The notes: generated by a model from the sequence alone, not told the origin. DNA of 53,197 bases from Candidatus Woesebacteria bacterium (GCA_035389185.1 DAOORK010000001.1:576218-629414), one strand, 5' to 3'; shown: positions 19,068-27,695, counted from the first letter of the stretch. Translations and numbers: made by a program.

Positions 19068-19460
19068 TTATTGAACATTACCGAATAATGTTTTGAAAGG
19101 ATTAAGAATATCAATACCCAGAACACTACCAACAATACCAACAACGAAGAGACTGGCAACCACGGCTACCAAACCAATAACTCCTTGAGTCATTTGCTGT
19201 TGGGCTTCTTGGACCTTGCTTTTGTCACCGCCAGCGGTTAGCCATTTTAGACCTCCAAGAGTAAAGAAGATAACGAAAGCTAAACCACCAACGACACTAA
19301 GGGCGGTGATGACATTGGAAATAATATTGCCAAACTGGGAACCAACTGTCTGTTTGGTGATATCTGTGTTTTCAAAACCATAAGGGCCGATACCGGTTAC
19401 ATTGCCGACATCAATGTCGGCAGCATGGATGGGTTTGATAAGAGTATTGAGGAAGTTCAT
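19068..19460 (-). CDS. VirB2/TrbC-like mini-pilin paralog 5
   Basis: Leader MNFLNTLIKPIHAADI. Loop WLTAGGDKSKVQEAQQQMTQGVIGLVAVVASLF. Confidence 0.8.
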   Translation of the reverse strand: MNFLNTLIKPIHAADIDVGNVTGIGPYGFENTDITKQTVGSQFGNIISNVITALSVVGGLAFVIFFTLGGLKWLTAGGDKSKVQEAQQQMTQGVIGLVAVVASLFVVGIVGSVLGIDILNPFKTLFGNVQ

Positions 19461-19832
19461 TTATTGTACTGATTGAAATTTGGGTGATAGGATGGCCGTA
19501 AAGCTACCAAAGAGGAGTTGACTGACAATGGCGATGACGATAAAACTGGCGGCAATGACGACTAGACCTACAATGCTCATGGTGAGCCTGTTGGTGGCTT
19601 CTGAAATCTTGGCTTTTTCACCGCCAGCGGAGATATATGTGAAACCGCCACTTAAAAACTGCCAAAGAGTAAAAAGACCAGCGATGATGATAAAGGCGCG
19701 AATAATGATGCTGATGAAATTACCGGTTTGACCGACTTCAGAAGGGATTCCAGAAGGAACAGCAATAGTACCGACAACATCGTCGGCATAAACAGTTTTA
19801 ACGATGGAGTTTATGAGTTGAGTAACAATCAT
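19461..19832 (-). CDS. VirB2/TrbC-like mini-pilin paralog 6
   Basis: Leader MIVTQLINSIVKTVYADD. Loop YISAGGEKAKISEATNRLTMSIVGLVVIAASFI. It abuts paralog 5 with no gap. Confidence 0.8.
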   Translation of the reverse strand: MIVTQLINSIVKTVYADDVVGTIAVPSGIPSEVGQTGNFISIIIRAFIIIAGLFTLWQFLSGGFTYISAGGEKAKISEATNRLTMSIVGLVVIAASFIVIAIVSQLLFGSFTAILSPKFQSVQ

Positions 19833-19834
19833 AG

Positions 19835-20152
19835 TTATATAAAATTGAAGCCGAAAATGGAGCCCATTAGGCGAGTAAGAAGGAAGGCTCCTACCACGAC
19901 GACTAATCCAATTATGCCATATGTTAGCATTTGTGACGCTTGAGCTGTTTTGGCTTTGTCACCGCCGGCGGAGATGAAGGCAAAACCAGCAAAAAGGATA
20001 ACAACCAGAGCGGCAAGTCCAGAAATGATAAGAACGTTGGTGATGATGGGATTAATGAGAGTGGAAAGAGTGGCCTTTTCTCCCCCAAGAGCTGATGCGG
20101 GGGCGTATTCCTCGGAAATATTGACGGCGGCGTAAACGTTTTCGACTAGCAT
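19835..20152 (-). CDS. VirB2/TrbC-like mini-pilin paralog 7
   Basis: Leader MLVENVYAAVN. Loop FISAGGDKAKTAQASQMLTYGIIGLVVVVGAFL. Confidence 0.8.
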   Translation of the reverse strand: MLVENVYAAVNISEEYAPASALGGEKATLSTLINPIITNVLIISGLAALVVILFAGFAFISAGGDKAKTAQASQMLTYGIIGLVVVVGAFLLTRLMGSIFGFNFI

Positions 20153-20226
20153 TGATGTTATTTTACAGTAAATTCCATAGAGTGATATGGAGGAAAGTTG
20201 AGAGCATTTGGAAGAAAACGGAGACT

Positions 20227-20637
20227 ATGATGATCTTCATGGAAGTTCCAAAACACTGGAGAGAAATGCCAATAAATGCCGGATTTATGGGGGTGGATAT
20301 TAAACCGACAGTAGATAAAGACGGTAGGGTAATCGGGAAACCGAGCTTTAAATATCCAGGAGGGGAAATAGTTTTGGCTGGATCTTTTGGAGAAATATAC
20401 GAGAGATTTGTTGACAAGGGTTTTACCGCCGAAGTAATCGAGAAGATTTTATTTAATATTTATGGCGCTGTCGCCTCCGAAGCGGCGGTCTCTTTTGAGA
20501 AAATCGTCAATAGCAAGGAGGAGCTGGTCGGGAGTGAAGTCGGGGAAAAGAGTGGGGGTAAAGAAAAGCTCAGAGTAAACAGATTGCCAGGGGAGATAAC
20601 CAGAAAGACGCTGTTCTCCGCCCGTGCGAATAATTAG
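20227..20637 (+). CDS. Uncertain small ORF in the 296-nt gap between the pilin array and uppS
   Basis: The first roughly 75 codons (MMIFMEVPKHWREMPINAGFMGVDIKPTVDKDGRVIGKPSFKYPGGEIVLAGSFGEIYERFVDKGFTAEVIEK) look protein-like. The last 189 nt run antisense through the 3' end of uppS, so the true end, or the reality of the gene, is unclear. Confidence 0.25.
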   Translation: MMIFMEVPKHWREMPINAGFMGVDIKPTVDKDGRVIGKPSFKYPGGEIVLAGSFGEIYERFVDKGFTAEVIEKILFNIYGAVASEAAVSFEKIVNSKEELVGSEVGEKSGGKEKLRVNRLPGEITRKTLFSARANN

Positions 20638-21159
20638 GTCCGGATCGGGTATTTCGGCTGTATCCAAGTAAGAAGAAAAAAGATCCTCGTTTATTTGTTC
20701 GGAAGGAATTTTTTCAGAAACGATTTTTTTGACAGCTCTTAAGATTTCATCACGGCCACCGTAGTTAAGTGCAAAAGTGACAGTAATTTTGTGATTTTTG
20801 GCGGATTTGTTGACAATGTCAGCGGTTGTTTGAGCTATGTCTTTGGGAAAACGATTAACATCACCAAGAATACGAAGCCGAGCACCTTTTTTGATGAAAC
20901 GGAGAGCAAGAGATCCAAAAGCGAAACGAAAGATATTGAAGAGACCTTTTAATTCGGCCTCATCTCGTTTCCAGTTTTCGGTTGAGAAGGCCCAAAAAGT
21001 AATGTAGGGAATACCAAGCTCGCCACATTTTTCGACTAAGGGTTCAATGGCATTTTGGGCAGCGTATTCGTGGCCTTTGACAGGATCGAGATTGTGAGCT
21101 TTGGCCCAGCGGCGGTTGCCGTCCATGATGATGGCCACATGTTGAAGAGGGGGGTTCAT
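20449..21159 (-). CDS. uppS: Isoprenyl transferase / undecaprenyl-diphosphate synthase
   Basis: Cis-prenyltransferase motifs HVAIIMDGNRRWA, ITFWAFSTENWKR and IRTGGEQRLSGYLPWQ. Confidence 0.93.
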   Translation of the reverse strand: MNPPLQHVAIIMDGNRRWAKAHNLDPVKGHEYAAQNAIEPLVEKCGELGIPYITFWAFSTENWKRDEAELKGLFNIFRFAFGSLALRFIKKGARLRILGDVNRFPKDIAQTTADIVNKSAKNHKITVTFALNYGGRDEILRAVKKIVSEKIPSEQINEDLFSSYLDTAEIPDPDLIIRTGGEQRLSGYLPWQSVYSELFFTPTLFPDFTPDQLLLAIDDFLKRDRRFGGDSAINIK

Positions 21160-21182
21160 GGGTAGATTATAACAAATCGAAC

Positions 21183-21587
21183 CTAAATTAAGTTTCCAAG
21201 ACCAAGAACGTTGGTGACAAGGCGAACGATAATGAAGGCGGCGACAACCATAATGATGCCAATAATGCCATTCATTAGTCTAGTGGTTGCGGCGGAGATT
21301 TTTTTTGCATCACCGGAACTCATCATGTAGTCCCAGCCGGCCATAATAAGATTGGCAAAAAAGAAAAGACCAACAATAATAAAAATAAAGTTGATGAGAT
21401 TAAAGCCTCCTTCTGTGAGGATCTGACCGATGTTAAAAGTGTTGGGTATTTTGGTAGCGGTGGTAGTAATGGTTGAGATATCTGCACCGGCGGAATAAGA
21501 GGTGTCTCCTTCGGCAAAACAGGGTTTAACAACAAAAGCGAATTGAAGGAGAGCGGAAGTAATAACAGTTAACGATGTAAGTTTCAT
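21183..21587 (-). CDS. VirB2/TrbC-like mini-pilin paralog 8 (with a classical signal peptide)
   Basis: Signal peptide MKLTSLTVITSALLQFAFVVKPCFA. Loop YMMSSGDAKKISAATTRLMNGIIGIIMVVAAFI. Confidence 0.75.
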   Translation of the reverse strand: MKLTSLTVITSALLQFAFVVKPCFAEGDTSYSAGADISTITTTATKIPNTFNIGQILTEGGFNLINFIFIIVGLFFFANLIMAGWDYMMSSGDAKKISAATTRLMNGIIGIIMVVAAFIIVRLVTNVLGLGNLI

Positions 21588-21630
21588 TGATGAAACAATT
21601 TTAACACGGTACTTTGGGGTCGATGAATGA

Positions 21631-22437
21631 CTAATTTAACCCCGGAATACCGAGAATATTTATGCCGATAAGATTGACGATGAAGATAGAGAGAATAATA
21701 AATATTAGTCCGACAACGGCGGAAGTAATAATTTCACTGCCAGCCTTGAGCTTGTCTGGGCTACCGGCTGAAGTAGTGACGATGAAGACTCCATAAAGGA
21801 TTAAGGCGAGAGCAATACCGCCTCCTATTCCGGTGGCAATACGAAGGATGTTGGTAATGAAACTTTGGGGTGAGCTGACATTGATACAACCAAGGGCGGT
21901 ATTAATGCTTTTGTCATCGGCACAAAGAACACTTGTTTTTGATTTTTCAAGATAGACAGTTGGGGCATGGCTGGGTGTACTTAAATCGACACAAGTTCCT
22001 GGCGAAAAAGGCTGATTCATTTGATCAATACAGTGTAAGGAACTGTTGTTGCATGTATACAAAACATTAATAGTGTCACCACCTACATATACAGAAGGAG
22101 AACAACAGTCTTGATTTAGGTTTCCACAAGTTGAGCTGGTTGGAATGGGGGTAGAAGTGATTGTTGTGGTGATTGTTGGTGTTGTGTTGGTGTTAGAAAC
22201 ACAGATTGATCCACTACAGATTTCGTCGGCTGAACAGTTTGTTGGTAGCGATGGGTAACCTCCTGGAGCAGTATAAAATGAATTACACGCATTATATAAA
22301 GCTTCGTATTTATATCCTAGATCATTGCCATCGGTGTCGTATTGAGGGGTGCAACAAACTTGACCTACAGCATAGGAATTTGATGAGAAAAGGAAGAATG
22401 AGGAAATAAATAAAATAGTAATAAACAGATGTTTCAT
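21631..22437 (-). CDS. Secreted Cys-rich protein with a C-terminal mini-pilin module (paralog 9)
   Basis: A signal peptide is followed by about 170 aa of Cys- and Thr-rich ectodomain. The C-terminus has TM1, the loop TTSAGSPDKLKAGSEIITSAVVGLIFIILSIF and TM2, homologous to the whole of paralogs 1-8. Confidence 0.75.
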   Translation of the reverse strand: MKHLFITILFISSFFLFSSNSYAVGQVCCTPQYDTDGNDLGYKYEALYNACNSFYTAPGGYPSLPTNCSADEICSGSICVSNTNTTPTITTTITSTPIPTSSTCGNLNQDCCSPSVYVGGDTINVLYTCNNSSLHCIDQMNQPFSPGTCVDLSTPSHAPTVYLEKSKTSVLCADDKSINTALGCINVSSPQSFITNILRIATGIGGGIALALILYGVFIVTTSAGSPDKLKAGSEIITSAVVGLIFIILSIFIVNLIGINILGIPGLN

Positions 22438-22476
22438 GAACAGATTAATTTTAGCATGGGGTAAACTAATATAGAG

Positions 22477-24153
22477 ATGAAATGGAGGTATTTATTAGTT
22501 GTGGTTGTGGTTTTTAGCTTTTGGGCTGGAGTGACTTATGCGGTGGATTGCGGTGGAGATACGGAGTGTGTAAATATTCAAAAACAGATAGATGAGCTTG
22601 AATCTTTGTTAAACACAAACAAAGGAGAGGCAAGTAAGATTCAAGCAAAATTGAAGTCAATTCAGTCACAAATATCAGTAGCTAACCAAAAATTAAAAGT
22701 AACGGAAGCAAATATCAAAGATAGAAGTGACAAAGTGGCGACACAGTATGTGGTTTTGCAGATGAAGGTGAGAGAACTATATAAAAGGATGAGGTCAGAG
22801 CCTACCTGGGCTGTGTTGGTGACGAAAACCGATATGGGAGAGATACAGAGAGAGATGACTTATCGGGAACAAAGTAATGAAGCAGATAGACAGACAATTA
22901 TCAGTTTGGTTTCTGAAATTGGGACTTTAGAAAATGACAAAAAAGCTTTGGAAAAGCAAAAGGCACAGTTGGCTAAATTGCAGGCTGATTTAGATAAACA
23001 AAACGCTGCATATCAAGCAACGATAAAGGATTTATCTTCGCAGATTGCGGCGTTATCCGCCAAACAGCAGGCAATCCTTGCCGAAAAACAGGGAACATTT
23101 ACAACAACGGTTGGAGATGTGCCGTTGGCAGATGACGCCAATGCAAGACCAGATTACAATCCTGGATTTTCGCCTGCTTTTGCTGTTTTTTCCTTTGGAG
23201 CACCACATTTTAAGGGAATGAGTCAGTATGGAGCTTTTGGAAGAGCCAAATCCGGACAGAGTGTTGAGACGATTTTGCATGCATACTATGGAGGTATTGA
23301 GATAAAGAAAGACTATCCGGCGGATAAGAAAATTACGGTTCAAGGATATGGAGAGATGGATATTGAAACATATATGAAAAGGATTTACGAGGTGCCAAAT
23401 TCTTGGGGAGATGAGGGTGGTTTTGAGGCTCTGAAAGCTCAGGCTGTAGCGGCAAGATCTTATGCATTGGCATGGACAGATGAAGGACGGGGTGGAGCAA
23501 TTTGCACGACACAGTCGTGTCAGGTGTATAAAAACTCAAATAAGGGAGGAAAATGGGAAGAAGCGGTAAACGCAACTAAGGGTTGGGTGCTTTGGAATAA
23601 TGGTAAACCGTTTAAAGCATGGTATGCATCGACGTCCGGAGGATATCAAAAGTCATATACAGACAGTTATTCTGGATATACAACACCATCTCTTTGGGAC
23701 ACTGCAAATGGTCGATCGGGATGGACATCTCAGGCATATGAAAAAATCGCCGGGAGCCCGTGGTTTTATAAGGGTTGGTATAAAGGAAGTTCGGGAGATA
23801 CATGCGGAAGATCTCATCCATGGTTAACGGCGGAAGAGATGGCAGATATTTTGAATGCTTGGGTTGTTTTGAAAAATGGATCCGATGATAGAGTGTCACC
23901 AATTGGAAGTTGTTGGGGAGGAAATCCATATTCGATGTCAGAATTAAAATCAAAGGCTGGGGGAAACGCGTATTCGAGAGTCACTGGAGTATCTGTGTCT
24001 TATTCTGATGGTGGTTATACTTCAACGGTGCATTTGGATACGGACAGAGGCAATGTGGACATTTCCGGAAGCGATTTTAAAGAAATGTTTAACTTGAGAG
24101 CACCTGGAAGAATTTCTGTTAAGAGTGCACTGTTTAATATTGAGAAAAAATAA
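22477..24153 (+). CDS. SpoIID/LytB-domain protein with an N-terminal coiled coil (peptidoglycan remodelling)
   Basis: N-terminal TM or signal sequence and a coiled coil of about 190 aa. SpoIID-type block (GMSQYGAFGRA ... EALKAQAVAARSYAL ... CTTQSCQVYK ... WYASTSGGY). Confidence 0.8.
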   Translation: MKWRYLLVVVVVFSFWAGVTYAVDCGGDTECVNIQKQIDELESLLNTNKGEASKIQAKLKSIQSQISVANQKLKVTEANIKDRSDKVATQYVVLQMKVRELYKRMRSEPTWAVLVTKTDMGEIQREMTYREQSNEADRQTIISLVSEIGTLENDKKALEKQKAQLAKLQADLDKQNAAYQATIKDLSSQIAALSAKQQAILAEKQGTFTTTVGDVPLADDANARPDYNPGFSPAFAVFSFGAPHFKGMSQYGAFGRAKSGQSVETILHAYYGGIEIKKDYPADKKITVQGYGEMDIETYMKRIYEVPNSWGDEGGFEALKAQAVAARSYALAWTDEGRGGAICTTQSCQVYKNSNKGGKWEEAVNATKGWVLWNNGKPFKAWYASTSGGYQKSYTDSYSGYTTPSLWDTANGRSGWTSQAYEKIAGSPWFYKGWYKGSSGDTCGRSHPWLTAEEMADILNAWVVLKNGSDDRVSPIGSCWGGNPYSMSELKSKAGGNAYSRVTGVSVSYSDGGYTSTVHLDTDRGNVDISGSDFKEMFNLRAPGRISVKSALFNIEKK

Positions 24154-24189
24154 GGGATATAAAATGGCCGTGTTTGGTACAATTAAGAC

Positions 24190-24846
24190 ATGGCGGAGAT
24201 TTTTAATTCAAGCGAACAAATTGAGGAAGTGCCTGAGATAAGGGATTTGGAGAAAAAAGGACAGTTTAAGAGTATTTTGGGAGCTTTGGTAGTGAGTCCT
24301 GAAAAGACTAGTTTTGAGTCTCAAGATAACGATGAAAAGGTGATTCTTTTGGGAAGAAAACATTTTGCAACTAATTTTGGATGGATTGCTTTGGCTTGTT
24401 TGGCTTTTTTTGTTCCTTTCTTTTGGGGTGAGTTTCCGATGATGAAAGCGTTAACGACAAATGTGAATTTTATGATGTCTATGGCATGGTATTGTTTTTT
24501 GCTGTTTTACGTAATTGAAAAGTTTTTGTTGTGGTTTTATGGAGTGTATATTGTGACAAATGAGAGATTGGTGGATGTAGATTTTTTTGGTTTGCTTTAT
24601 AAGAATATAAACGTGACACAGATAAATAGAATTGAAGACGTAAACTATTCACAAAAAGGAATCCTTTCAAGTATTTTTAATTTTGGAAATGTGGTGGTAC
24701 AAACTGCTTCGGAACAGAGATCCGATGACAAAACCGAAGGGGCTGCGTTTAGTTTTGTTTCGGTAGCAAATCCTGCTTTAGTAGTAAAAATTATTTCAGA
24801 ATTAATGGAAGTTGTTGATAAGAACACGGAAAGGAGAAGGAGATAA
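24190..24846 (+). CDS. Membrane protein, possibly bacterial PH-domain (YdbS/YdbT-like)
   Basis: Two TM helices followed by a small beta-rich domain (ERLVDVDFFGLLYKNINVTQINRIEDV). The family assignment is tentative. Confidence 0.6.
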   Translation: MAEIFNSSEQIEEVPEIRDLEKKGQFKSILGALVVSPEKTSFESQDNDEKVILLGRKHFATNFGWIALACLAFFVPFFWGEFPMMKALTTNVNFMMSMAWYCFLLFYVIEKFLLWFYGVYIVTNERLVDVDFFGLLYKNINVTQINRIEDVNYSQKGILSSIFNFGNVVVQTASEQRSDDKTEGAAFSFVSVANPALVVKIISELMEVVDKNTERRRR

Positions 24847-24847
24847 A

Positions 24848-25078
24848 ATGGAAAACATTGACACAATAATAAATAGTCAGATAACAGTGAGTTCGATTGT
24901 GGGAGTTTTGGTGAAGCTGATGATGTTGCTACTTTTGACCTTGTCCGCGGTGATGGTCCGTCAATGTATTCTGATGAATCGAGTGGTTAAGTTACCTATC
25001 GGAGGAAGTGTTCGGTTGCTGACTTGGAGCTATTTTGTTTTAATGTTGTTTTTGACTGCTATAGTAATATTAGCGTGA
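24848..25078 (+). CDS. Small two-TM membrane protein
   Basis: The ATG at 24848 lies 1 nt after the upstream stop. There are two hydrophobic helices, and the stop overlaps the next gene's GTG (GTGA). Confidence 0.5.
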   Translation: MENIDTIINSQITVSSIVGVLVKLMMLLLLTLSAVMVRQCILMNRVVKLPIGGSVRLLTWSYFVLMLFLTAIVILA

Positions 25079-26979
25079 ACACAAGTCTAGGAATTGAATT
25101 TCTGAGGACAGTAAATGAGGAGGGGTCCAGAGGTTGGGCCCAAGTTTATGCTAGAGTTCCCTTTGACGACTACGAATTACTTGAAAAAGGAGCTTTGTTT
25201 GGTGTCTTTGGGGGAAAAACGGCGGATAACTGGACGGAGATTGAAGGAGAGCTGATGGAGTGGGTTGATGAGTATTTTAATAAGACAGAAAAAGCAGGGG
25301 AGATGACATTTTTTTCGGCTGAACTTAGAGAAAAATATCCTGATATTGATGGTGTTTGGATGTGGGTGGTGCCGAGCTCTTCTGGCAAGAGAGACTTAAA
25401 AATGATTAAGTGGGGAGATGCGGGGGTTTTGCTGGAAAGAGAAGGAAGAGAGTACAACTTGACTGAAGAAGAGAACCGCGTCATTGTCGGAACTGCAGTT
25501 GAGGGAGATATTTTAAGGATGTGGTCCGGAGTTTTAGGGAGTATGTTTACCGAGGAGGAAAAATCAGAAAAGATCAACGAAGAAGTGGTAATGAAGTATG
25601 GAAATAGAATGACGGAAGCACGAGAAGCCGGAGCAGGCCTATTTTTTGTTTTTGGAAAATATTTGCCAGAAAAAACGAAGATTGTCGAGGAAGTCCAAGT
25701 ACCAGAAAAGTTGGAAGTAGTGGATGAGGTTAAAGAAGAACAAGAAGTAAAAGAAGAGTTGGAGAAAGTGGATGAAGATTTGGCCGGAGATTCAATTGTG
25801 GGTAAAGTCGGAGTGAAAGAAAAAATTGTTGGTTGGTGGAGAAAAAAGGGCGCAATGAGAGGATCGGAAATAAGAGTTGATCGGGAAGGCGTGGACAAAA
25901 GAAAGAAGTGGGCGGTGTTTTTGGGAATAGTGTTTTTGTTGATACTGTGTGTGAGTTTGGTGACCGGTTCGATAAAAATAAAAGCTGATCGAGAAGCAAA
26001 GAAATGGAACGATTTTTCTGAACCAATTACAAAGAGTATTCAGGAAGCAAAAGACTTAGCAAGTATCAATCCTTCGGGAGCAAAGAAGATTATGGAGGAT
26101 GTAAAAAGCACTTTTGCGGTACAAAAAGCCGAGTTTGTTAACGGAAAATATAAGAATGAGGTGGTAAGGCTGGAAGAGGAGATAAATGGTGCTTGGGTGA
26201 TTGCTTCGGGAGAAAAGCAGAGTCAGATAACTGAATTGGTAAACATTCAGTTGGTAAGAGAGGGCTTTGTGGGTGAAAGAATGAGTTTAATTAAGGATAA
26301 TACCTTGTTGGTTACAGACAGTAAGATGGGGATAGTAGCATCGGTAACAACGACGAGTAAAGATATTAAGGTGGTAGCCGGTAAGGGAGAAGGTTTGGCT
26401 TGGATTGATGCTATGAGCGATGGCAGTAGAGTTATGGTGATGAATGCGAAGGGAGTGAGTGTTGATGGAAAAGAGTCAGGCGGAATCGTGTTTGATTCGG
26501 CTGTAAATAACCCGGTGACTTTGGGAAAGTTTGGATCAAATGTTTATATTTTGGATGCGGGAAACAAAGAAATCTTTAAATATGGAGCAATTAGCGATGG
26601 TTATGGAGATAGAACAAGATGGCTAAAACAGAACCAGTCGATCAGTGTAATGCCGGTAGATATGGTTTTGGATGCTAATGTTTGGGTGTTGGGGAATGAC
26701 GGAACAGTAGAGAAATTTTTGAGAGGAGCAAAGGAACAGTTTATCTTGAACGGAGTACCAGAAGGGACAAAAGCGACAAGGATTGCAATCCAACAAGAAG
26801 GAGACGGTATGGCCATTTTGGACACGACAAATGGAGTGGTAGTGCTTTGTGGTAAGGAGACGGGGAACTGCAGTCAACAGCTGAAGTCAGAAAAACTTAA
26901 AACAGCCAGTGATATCGAGTATGACGGTAGTGGAAATCTGCTGGTATTAATTGCCGGCGTGGTGGCAAGTTTGAAGTAA
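25075..26979 (+). CDS. Hypothetical single-pass membrane protein with a beta-propeller-like C-terminal half
   Basis: The long ORF has an in-frame GTG at 25075 that overlaps the upstream stop (GTGA). Central TM helix (WAVFLGIVFLLILCVSLVTGSI). The acidic Glu/Lys-rich segment before the TM is low-complexity. Confidence 0.7.
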   Translation: MNTSLGIEFLRTVNEEGSRGWAQVYARVPFDDYELLEKGALFGVFGGKTADNWTEIEGELMEWVDEYFNKTEKAGEMTFFSAELREKYPDIDGVWMWVVPSSSGKRDLKMIKWGDAGVLLEREGREYNLTEEENRVIVGTAVEGDILRMWSGVLGSMFTEEEKSEKINEEVVMKYGNRMTEAREAGAGLFFVFGKYLPEKTKIVEEVQVPEKLEVVDEVKEEQEVKEELEKVDEDLAGDSIVGKVGVKEKIVGWWRKKGAMRGSEIRVDREGVDKRKKWAVFLGIVFLLILCVSLVTGSIKIKADREAKKWNDFSEPITKSIQEAKDLASINPSGAKKIMEDVKSTFAVQKAEFVNGKYKNEVVRLEEEINGAWVIASGEKQSQITELVNIQLVREGFVGERMSLIKDNTLLVTDSKMGIVASVTTTSKDIKVVAGKGEGLAWIDAMSDGSRVMVMNAKGVSVDGKESGGIVFDSAVNNPVTLGKFGSNVYILDAGNKEIFKYGAISDGYGDRTRWLKQNQSISVMPVDMVLDANVWVLGNDGTVEKFLRGAKEQFILNGVPEGTKATRIAIQQEGDGMAILDTTNGVVVLCGKETGNCSQQLKSEKLKTASDIEYDGSGNLLVLIAGVVASLK

Positions 26980-27000
26980 ACGGTAAGGTACAATATATCC

Positions 27001-27441
27001 ATGCTGTCGGAGAACAAAAAAGCCCGGTTTGATTACGAAATTGTGGAGGATTTTGAGTCCGGTATTGTTTTGAGTGGATCAGAAGTAAAAAGCGTTCGAG
27101 GAGGAGGAGCATCTATGGCGGGTGCAAGAGTGATATTTGAGGGAGATGAGGCCTATGTAATCGGATTAAATATTCCTAAGTATCGTTTTGATAGTCGTGA
27201 AGATTACGAGCCTGGAAAGAGGCGAAAATTGTTGTTACATCGAGAAGAAACAGTAGAAATTCAGACAAAAATGAAGTCGGCTGGGTTGACAGTTGTGCCT
27301 ATTGAGATGTATAATAAGGGCAGTCTCGTTAAGGTAAAGATCGCTTTAGTCCGGGGCAAGAAGAAGTTTGAAAAAAGAGAAATCATCAAAAAGCGTGAAA
27401 GCCAATTAGAATTGGCGAGACGATTAAAAGTAGCTAACTGA
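27001..27441 (+). CDS. smpB: SsrA-binding protein SmpB
   Basis: Typical SmpB N-terminus (NKKARFDYEIVEDFESGIVLSGSEVKSVR) and basic C-terminal tail. The tmRNA gene lies 300 nt downstream. Confidence 0.95.
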   Translation: MLSENKKARFDYEIVEDFESGIVLSGSEVKSVRGGGASMAGARVIFEGDEAYVIGLNIPKYRFDSREDYEPGKRRKLLLHREETVEIQTKMKSAGLTVVPIEMYNKGSLVKVKIALVRGKKKFEKREIIKKRESQLELARRLKVAN

Positions 27442-27452
27442 AAGGACCTAAA

Positions 27453-27695
27453 ATGGACCTATTTTGGAGTAAGGTTATGCCTGCCAGCATCGTTAATTAT
27501 TCATGGAGTAAGGATTTTTCCGCCGGCATGAGCGCGAAAAAGTGGCAGGATGGAATTAGAGGTAAAATTGCGACGATGGATGATGACGAGTTTGATTTAT
27601 TTCTTGCTGGTGTTGTGATGGCTTCGGCCAAAGAGCAGATCATGGGTAAAGATTTGACAGAAAAGATTGAATTTTTTCGAACCCTGAGATCCTAA
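27453..27695 (+). CDS. Small hypothetical protein (80 aa)
   Basis: The ORF starts 11 nt after smpB. No recognisable motif. Confidence 0.45.
   Translation: MDLFWSKVMPASIVNYSWSKDFSAGMSAKKWQDGIRGKIATMDDDEFDLFLAGVVMASAKEQIMGKDLTEKIEFFRTLRS

Noticed and set aside
18061-20135. Recurrent plus-strand ORFs of 60-96 aa antisense to the pilin genes (18061-18291, 18465-18755, 19528-19731, 19950-20135), which even resemble one another (..LSPPEV.. / ..SPPAE..).
   Set aside because: Their similarity is a mirror of the conserved GGDK-loop coding sequence on the minus strand. The minus-strand products have coherent TM-loop-TM architecture and tight operon spacing, and the plus-strand products are low-complexity.
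20185-20205. GGAGGAAAGTTGAGAGC, which resembles the conserved GGAGGAAAGUCCGGGC (P4 5' strand) of bacterial RNase P RNA and raised the possibility that the 20153-20448 gap encodes rnpB.
   Set aside because: I could find no complementary P4 3' strand (an ACAGAA..GGCUUA-type element or the complement of GUUGAGAG) nor the other conserved regions within about 400 nt. The gap is also too short. An Infernal scan would still settle the point.
25170-26026. Minus-strand 242-aa and 98-aa ORFs opposite the 25075-26979 gene.
   Set aside because: The extremely Ser/Thr/Pro/Phe-rich translation mirrors the Glu/Lys/Val-rich low-complexity segment of the plus-strand gene. There is no start context.
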